Shown: positions 56,859-64,000 of the stretch, in pieces
How the letters are laid out: the number at the start of each line of letters is the position of its first letter
Position numbering within the stretch: position 1 is the stretch's first letter
DNA from: Octopus vulgaris
Taxonomy: Eukaryota
NCBI GenBank assembly: GCA_951406725.2
Contig: OX597837.1
Span: forward strand, 42,842,001 to 42,906,000
Direction: 5' to 3'
Length of the DNA stretch: 64,000 nucleotides
The notes under the pieces: generated by a model
Told to the model about the DNA's origin: nothing
Seen by the model: the letters and a program-made list of their open reading frames with translations, nothing else
Database searches by the model: none
Program-made: the position numbers and the translations under genes

Positions 56859-57054
56859 GGAGAGAGAAAATAGAAGGTTAGAAAAAGAAAAGATATATAT
56901 ATATATATATATATATACATAGGGAGAGAGAGAGAGAGAAGGAAAAGAAGAGAGAAAGTTAAGAAAGAAAGAGAGAGATAGATGGAGAGAGAAAAAGGAG
57001 AGAGTAAAAGGTTGAGAGGAAGATGGACATATAAAGGAGAATATTGAACACAAT

Positions 57055-57093
<39 letters not shown>

Positions 57094-57500
57094 AGAAGTT
57101 AGCTTTCTAGTTAGATAGATAGATAGAGAGAGAGAGGGAGAGGGAAAGAGAGAAACACAAAGAGAGAAAGTCATAAAAAAACAGAGACAGAGGCTTTTAT
57201 AGTCAAGATTATTTGTTCAGCTCTGAAAAAAAAAAAAAGAATCGAAAATAAAAATCGCTAACGAATTGGCGGAAGTTTTCATTAAAATTTTACATGCGTT
57301 TTCTTTTTCCCTGACCCATAAATTCCCTCACCTAAATAACACACACACACACACACGCACGTACACATATATAGCCACACACAGACACATATATATACAT
57401 ACATACATACACACATGCATACATACATACATACATACATATACATATATATACATGGGCACAGACATAAAGACACACATACACACGTACACATATATAG

Positions 57501-57540
<40 letters not shown>

Positions 57541-57601
57541 GTATATATATATACATAGAAACAGACATAAAGACACACATACACACGTACACATATATAG
57601 C

Positions 57602-57641
<40 letters not shown>

Positions 57642-57730
57642 CATACACACAGACAGAAAGACACACATACACACGTATACACGTATAGTCGTACAGATAC
57701 ATACACAGACATATAGACACACGTCCGTAC
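55410..57730. repeat. (TAG)n, (GA)n-rich and (CA/TA)n low-complexity block
   Basis: Directly visible. Confidence 0.9.
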
Positions 57731-58423
57731 ATACCCTATTGCCTCATACTGACACACATTTATGTACACTTTCAATCAATCCTACACACAATCAATTTAT
57801 TCTTCATCTTCTGTCTTCAACACGGAGTCTCTGTTTTATAATTCTGTTTTCCTCCTTCCGGAATTCGTCCGTCTCTTCCTCCCTTACGTTTCCTTTATTC
57901 CAACCAAACCAGCTTCTTCTCCATCCTCTTTTGTTTCTTTCACGCATTTTCCATTTCCTCAGACAGCCGCCCATTCTACAAGGTGCTAGCTGGATAATTA
58001 CTGTTTGGCTTTCTACGAAGAGAGATATGCTTCGCTAATAAGACCAGAATACCACAGAAATATGTCCCAGATTGTCTCATACTTGCTAGAAAAACGAAAA
58101 TTACATTAGTAATTTATACAGTGTGAATAGAGTTCTCCGTTGTCAGGCTCCTGCTATTAAATAAAGTGCTAACGTTTACGGTACACAGATTAATAATTTC
58201 AGTTTCCTGTAGAAACTGAATTTGTTGAGTATATATACAGAATGGCAAATAATTTCTCTGGGATTGGTCAAATTGATGTAGACATCTCTGATGAGAAGTC
58301 AATAATATTTGAAAATTGATTAAGGCTATTCATCAGTTTTTTTTAAGTCCGCGGAGAAATAGCTTAATTAACGCTGTTTATCGCTCTACTATTTGGGTTA
58401 CACACACACACACATACACAAAC

Positions 58424-58511
<88 letters not shown>

Positions 58512-58698
58512 GCCTGTCTATCTATCTGTCTGTCTGTCTAGCTATCTTTCTGTCTGTCTGTCTGTCTGCCTGCCTATCTATCTGTCTGTATGTCTGTCTG
58601 TCTATCTATCTGTCTGTTTATCTGTCTGTCTATCTATTTGTCTGTCTGCCTGTCTTTCTATATGTCTGTCTGTTTATCTGTCTGTTTGTCCATGTATG

Positions 58699-58777
<79 letters not shown>

Positions 58778-58779
58778 AT

Positions 58780-59290
58780 ACGATGGGTTTCTTTCAGTTT
58801 CCGTTTACCAAATCCATCCACATGGCTTTGGTCGGTCCGAGGCTATCGTAGAAGACGCTGTGGGACTGAACCCGGTACCTTGTGGTTGGGAAGGAAACCC
58901 TTTGCCATACCATCACACCAATGTTTTATGCCAATTAAATAACTGTTAAGCACAAATTATGAACGATATCGGAAATGTTTGCTTCTCTTTATTCTTTGCA
59001 TGGTTATCAGTGTTTTTGCGACCTTTTCATTCTGTTATTCTTTTACTTGTTTCAGTCATTTGACTACGGCCATGCTGGAGCACCACCTGTGGTCGAACTA
59101 ATCAATCCCAGGACTTATTCTTTGTAAGCCTAGTACTTATTCTATCGGTCTCGTTTTGCCGAATCTCTAACAGAAGACGTAAGCATACCAACATAGGTTG
59201 TCAAGTGATGGTATGGTGGGAACCAACACAGACAGACAGAAACACGCACACATATTTACACGACGGGCTTCTTTCAGTTTCCGTCTAACT
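58780..59290 (-). mobile_element. Two SINE family A fragments
   Basis: 58780-58915 is the head half; 59038-59290 is the tail half (GTTTCAGTCATTTGACT...GGCCATGCTGGAGCACC). Confidence 0.8.
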
Positions 59291-59844
59291 GAAAATGGTT
59301 TTATGTACGCCAGTATACTGCTGTCTTTAGTCGTATCCCGAAACAGACTTTCAGATGACCTGATTTTGTCATATATTGTATAAAATTGTTTTTTACCCTC
59401 TGTACATTCATTTTATTCCTAATGCAGAAATTGGTTCAAATCTTAATATTTATTTTGTAGCTTAGAGATGAACGTTGATAATTTCATCTCCACTGTATTG
59501 ACACTATTTACTAAACTAGGAACCAATTTGTTCATGCCCTGTATTTTCAAATTTAGATAATCGAAATGGCTTGTTACGTGAAGTAAAAACCCCAACTCAA
59601 ACAGTTATTTGTTATTACATGAAAAGGTCTTTTTCTTCCGGCAGCTCATTTTTCATTTTTCTCTTCTCGAAAATTATGAAAGGAATTCTTCAATTTCCAA
59701 AATCGACTCAACTTGTCCTCAAGAAAGCCGGTGTCCCTCATAGTGAAAGGAAAAGTCATTATATTCCAAATCTAACATTTGGTAATATTCACTGAATTTT
59801 CACCCGTTTAATGCTCGTACGCTAATTAAATTTATACATTTTAC

Positions 59845-60165
59845 AGATTGGGCAGGATAAACTGGAAGGATAGAATAACAAATATTGCAGTACAAGAAAA
59901 GCTGAAAGTCTAAAGACACCTCCTGTTGAGAATAAAGTACACTAAGCTATCATATTTTGGACTTACAATGTGCCACGAGTTATTGCCAAGGCAATCCTGA
60001 CAATGTGCAAGAGTCCGTCAAAGACGTTTGTAGAATGACGACATAAAAGAATGGACAAAAAACAAGAGCCTGGCAGATTGCATACATGAAGCACAACGCA
60101 AAAGGAATTGGAGAATCTTGGCCTGCGAGCCCTGGGTACAGGAAACCTGGTGGATGGCTGATGAT
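59845..60165 (+). mobile_element. Old RTE/BovB 3' fragment
   Basis: Translates as LGRINWKDRITN...KLSYFG...DDIKEWT...WR, the RTE C-terminal pattern; short (GAT) tail. Confidence 0.7.
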
Positions 60166-60799
60166 ATCATGCAGTAAGTTTAAAGGATTTATTTTCACAC
60201 ATCGAAGTTTGGTGTAATGTTTTAGAAAATCTCTTTTTATCTTCTAAATTGATTGTCTGCGGTGACATAAGCAATAAGGTGTATCGACATTTACCTTTCT
60301 CATGGGCAACACATGTGATGCGGAAAAGAAAGACTTGCACACATGGTCGACTGCTGGTCTTCAATAAAAAAAATAGATCCTTACTCACTCCTGTGACTGG
60401 TGAACTATCCAGGTCCAGACCCATAACCTCAACAAACATACGGAAGCAACGACTGTTTTAAAGAGGGAAAACGACATATTGGATGATGTAGTTCTAGATA
60501 TTAATTGCTGGTTAGGAGACCGTATTTTGCTGCGCAACCATAATATAATACCAAATAAATTAAAGGCTTACAAGTCAAAACATACTAATTACCAGGAATG
60601 TGTTTAATATGCAAAACTGGTAGAGATCCAATTGCATTACACCGCTATGTTTAGTGGATTTTTAAGCAATGAATTTGTGGATGGTTAAAGAGTTGGATGT
60701 GGTGCTGAGGAGGAGTAAGAACGCCTAAAATATGCATAAACACCCATTATCCTATTTTCTATCTCTGATCGCATTGTTTACATCGATGTATTCGTATAC

Positions 60800-60964
60800 T
60801 GCGCAGGAATGGCTGTGTGGTAAGTAGCTTGCTTACCAACCACATGGTTCCGGGTTCAGTCCCACTGCGTGGCACCTTGGGCAAGGGTCTTCTACTATAG
60901 CCTCGGGCCGACTAAAGCCTTGTGAGTGGATTTCGTAGACGGAAATTAAAAGAAGCCCGTCGTA

Positions 60965-61007
<43 letters not shown>

Positions 61008-61270
61008 ATATATATATATGTGTGTGTGTGTGTGTATCTGTGTCTCTGTGTGTGTGTGTGTGTTTGCGTGTTTGTGTTTGTCTCCAACATCACTTGACAA
61101 CCGATGCTGGTGTGTTTACGTCCCCGTCACTTAGCGGTTCGGCAAAAGTGACCGATAGAATAAGTACTAGGCTTACAAAGGATAAGTCCTGGGGTCAATT
61201 TGCTCGACTAAAGGCGGCGCTCCAGCATGGCCGCAGTCAAATGACTGAAACAAGTAAAAGAGTAAAAGAG
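60800..61270 (+). mobile_element. SINE family A, full length
   Basis: Homologous to 39327-39748; tail (GTAAAAGA)n. Confidence 0.92.
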
Positions 61271-61466
61271 TATACGAAACGTCGTAACTTTCAGTGCAGG
61301 CTCTAATTTCTATAGAAAAATCAGTGAAGATAATTAAAAACTGACTCAGCACATATGCTAGGACACAGCAACCTCCTAAGCAGATATGAGTAGCATATAG
61401 GAACCGGTATTAAGGAAGGCTAGGGAAATATTAGATTTATAAGCCCTAAAATTCACTTCATAATTG

Positions 61467-61952
61467 TCCACGGGCATATGGTATAGTGGTTAAGAGCGCG
61501 GGCTGCTAGCCCCAAGATTCCGAGTTTGATTCCAGGCAGCGACCTACATAATAATAATAATCATATCCTACATAAAATACTTTCAATGTAATCTCAACTT
61601 TTAAAACAAACGTAATTTTCGTATGTTTTTTTTTTTAGACATTCACTAGTACAACACTAAATACAAAACTAAATATATGGCACACTAGGCATAACAACAA
61701 CATGAACTTCCAACCTGTTGTCTCTTGTGGTCTCTGGGTGAGACTTGGAGCCAACTTGTACAAATATAAAGCAAAAGTCAAACATTGAATAACAACAACA
61801 ACAACAACAACATCGAAAAATACCTTAGGAATGAGAACCCAGATTTGAAATTTCCCCAAGACACCTGATGAAGGCTGGAGAGTACATCAGTAGAAACGTT
61901 GTGTTAACAGCAAACAGATATCCGTCAAATATAATAATGTAAATAATGTAAA
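61467..61952 (+). mobile_element. SINE family H, second copy (decayed hammerhead) with an R4/Dong-like insert at 61561-61788
   Basis: Same tRNA head and tail as 41743-42410; CTGATGA and GAAACGTT kept, but stem II is broken (CAGTA); insert begins HILHKILSM*. Confidence 0.85.
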
Positions 61953-63265
61953 AACTGATAGTTCTAGATATACTATGCTTACAATAAATAAAGGTAGGAT
62001 TGTTATGATGACATGTCATTGATCATAGCTCTTCCCCATCAGAAGACAAGCAATAACCTCCTCAAAACAAACTACTGCTACATTTAAAAACATATCTATC
62101 TGATTTCTCGACCTGTTAGAAATAGCAGGGTCTGTCATATCCTCAGGTCCAGAAAGTGCGTCGAACCCTGTCAAAGGTATTATTACTATTTTTGTATGAT
62201 GATGAATAGTAGCCATAATCCATCACCCGGGCTTGACATCACCACCACCACCACCACCACTGCCACCATCATTACCACCTCAACCACAATCATGACCATC
62301 ATCACAGCCACCGCCATGACCATCCACCTCGACTGCTTTTGTAGGAGAATTCTTTCTGTTACTAGCATTTGGACGAGGTTCTCTGATCTGAGGGTAGCTT
62401 CTTCCTCTCCTTTTGCCTCATCAATCGTGGAAGCGCAGAAAGAAAAAGGTCAGGTGTACTTTTCTTCATCTTCTTCTTCTTCTTCTTCTTCTTCTTCTTC
62501 TTGCTCTTGTTGTTGTTATTGTTGTTGTTATTGTTGTTGTTGTTGTTATTGTTGTTGTTGTTGTTCTCCTCCTCCTCCTCCTCCTCCTCTTCCTCCTACA
62601 AAACCGATAAACTAAAACAAAATCGTTTGTAATATTTTTCTCTTTTCACTCAAAAATAAAAACAAAAAAAAACAACAAAAAACAGATCTCTCACCCCACT
62701 CACCTACATTCCACCCCCACATCTCTTCACGTCACATAACCACCCTCCCACCCCCTCCCTCCCTCCCTCCATCACTTCCGATATCTCACATTCCCCACCC
62801 CCTCCTTTCGATTGACATGTCTGCTTACAACCTTTCCCTTCTTTGTCACCTTCAAGTCACGTGTTTCATAATCTGAAAATCTTTTCGTTCTTAAAATTTA
62901 TTCAGATTCGTTCTCCACCCGAGAGCATACCACACCCCACCACACAACACAGCACCACACCGCACCACACCGCACCACACCACACCACACTACACCACAC
63001 CACACCACTCTACACCACTCTACGCCACTCTAACATGCCAGCTGATTATAATGAGCGATGTTCGAGCAAAATTTATGATTTACGATTTACGTCAGCCGAT
63101 ATTTTTGAAATATAATGACCGAAACTACACGATTCTCTCTCCATGTAACTAATCGCAACGATCCGAACAAAGAAGATATTGCAGAGACCATTATTGAACG
63201 TACATGAATACGTGATACATACGCACCATATACGTACATACATACACGCATACACACTCACACAC

Positions 63266-63320
<55 letters not shown>

Positions 63321-63323
<3 letters not shown>

Positions 63324-63466
63324 GGAGTAAACACATAAATGTGAAACAAGGGTGGAAAAAAGAGTACTCAAATACCAGTGGTAGAGTAATATGCTTTATT
63401 TAAAGCAGCAGAAAATTCAACAAAAACTCAGAGTAACAGGTTTTGTTGAATTTTCTGCTGCTTTAA

Positions 63467-63467
<1 letters not shown>
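63321..63467. mobile_element. Repeat fragment ending in a perfect 27-bp inverted repeat (Penelope-like inverted pLTR?)
   Basis: Arms at 63399-63425 and 63441-63467 with a 15-nt spacer; embedded in a TA tract. Confidence 0.55.
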
Positions 63468-63533
<66 letters not shown>

Positions 63534-63627
63534 ATGTATGTATGTATATATGTATATGCTTGTATGTATATATATACACACACACATACATACATATATA
63601 TGTATGTATGTACATATGCATACTAGT

Positions 63628-63810
63628 CGCCATGATTGATCGTTAGCCACTACACACATTTTTTTCTCTACTTGTTTTTTTTTGTGTTCCCTTTCTGTAG
63701 AAGAGCGTAGGCTCGAAACATTAAAGATTTGTGTTATTCCTGAGCGTTATACTAATACATCTGTTTGTTTTGTACACCACCTGTCTTCGTCTTTTGTTTT
63801 TTTTCGTAAA
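63628..63810 (+). mobile_element. Penelope-like pLTR fragment with a hammerhead-like motif
   Basis: CTTT-CTGTAGA-A-GAGC-GTAG-GCTC-GAAACATT-AAAG at 63691-63726; homologous to 31660-31890. Confidence 0.6.
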
Positions 63811-64000
63811 CTCTCTCTTTCTCTCTCTCTATATATACATATGTATACGCATATATATATGCAATGAATTTTTTCTTGTTTACTATAGTTCCTTTTAAAC
63901 AGAGCGGGACGTTTAAAGTAAAGAACGCACACGAGCTAACGTAGTGAATATTTTTGAAATCGATGGTAAAATGTTATTTTCAACTGAAAATCGCAAAGTA

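Noticed and set aside
62016-62460. Possible host exon in unique sequence
   Set aside because: Short ORFs with low-complexity content and no recognisable homology or clear splice sites

Overview
Repeat-saturated, AT-rich eukaryotic DNA, very probably from an octopus (inferred from its tRNA-derived CORE-like and Meta-like SINE families and extreme microsatellite load). I could not support any host protein-coding exon; almost all long ORFs in the track are translated microsatellites. Recognisable content: a solo LTR, two CR1/L2-type LINE relics plus a truncated copy, two RTE relics, a mariner with a nested DD41D Tc1/mariner element, two identically deleted mariner derivatives, non-autonomous Helitrons, several SINE families and a 100-N gap. 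Three things stand out. (1) A tRNA-headed (Pol III) SINE carries a minimal type I hammerhead-ribozyme motif in its tail, and its (AAT)n linker has trapped R4/Dong-like 3' ends; several other hammerhead-like motifs from other families are scattered through the window. (2) A GC-rich array of about 17 x 70 bp, in which every monomer is a near-perfect 26-bp hairpin, sits just inside a Helitron-like 5' end. (3) A covarying 3' stem-loop is shared by two LINEs and the dominant SINE. Boundaries were read by eye and may be off by a few bases.
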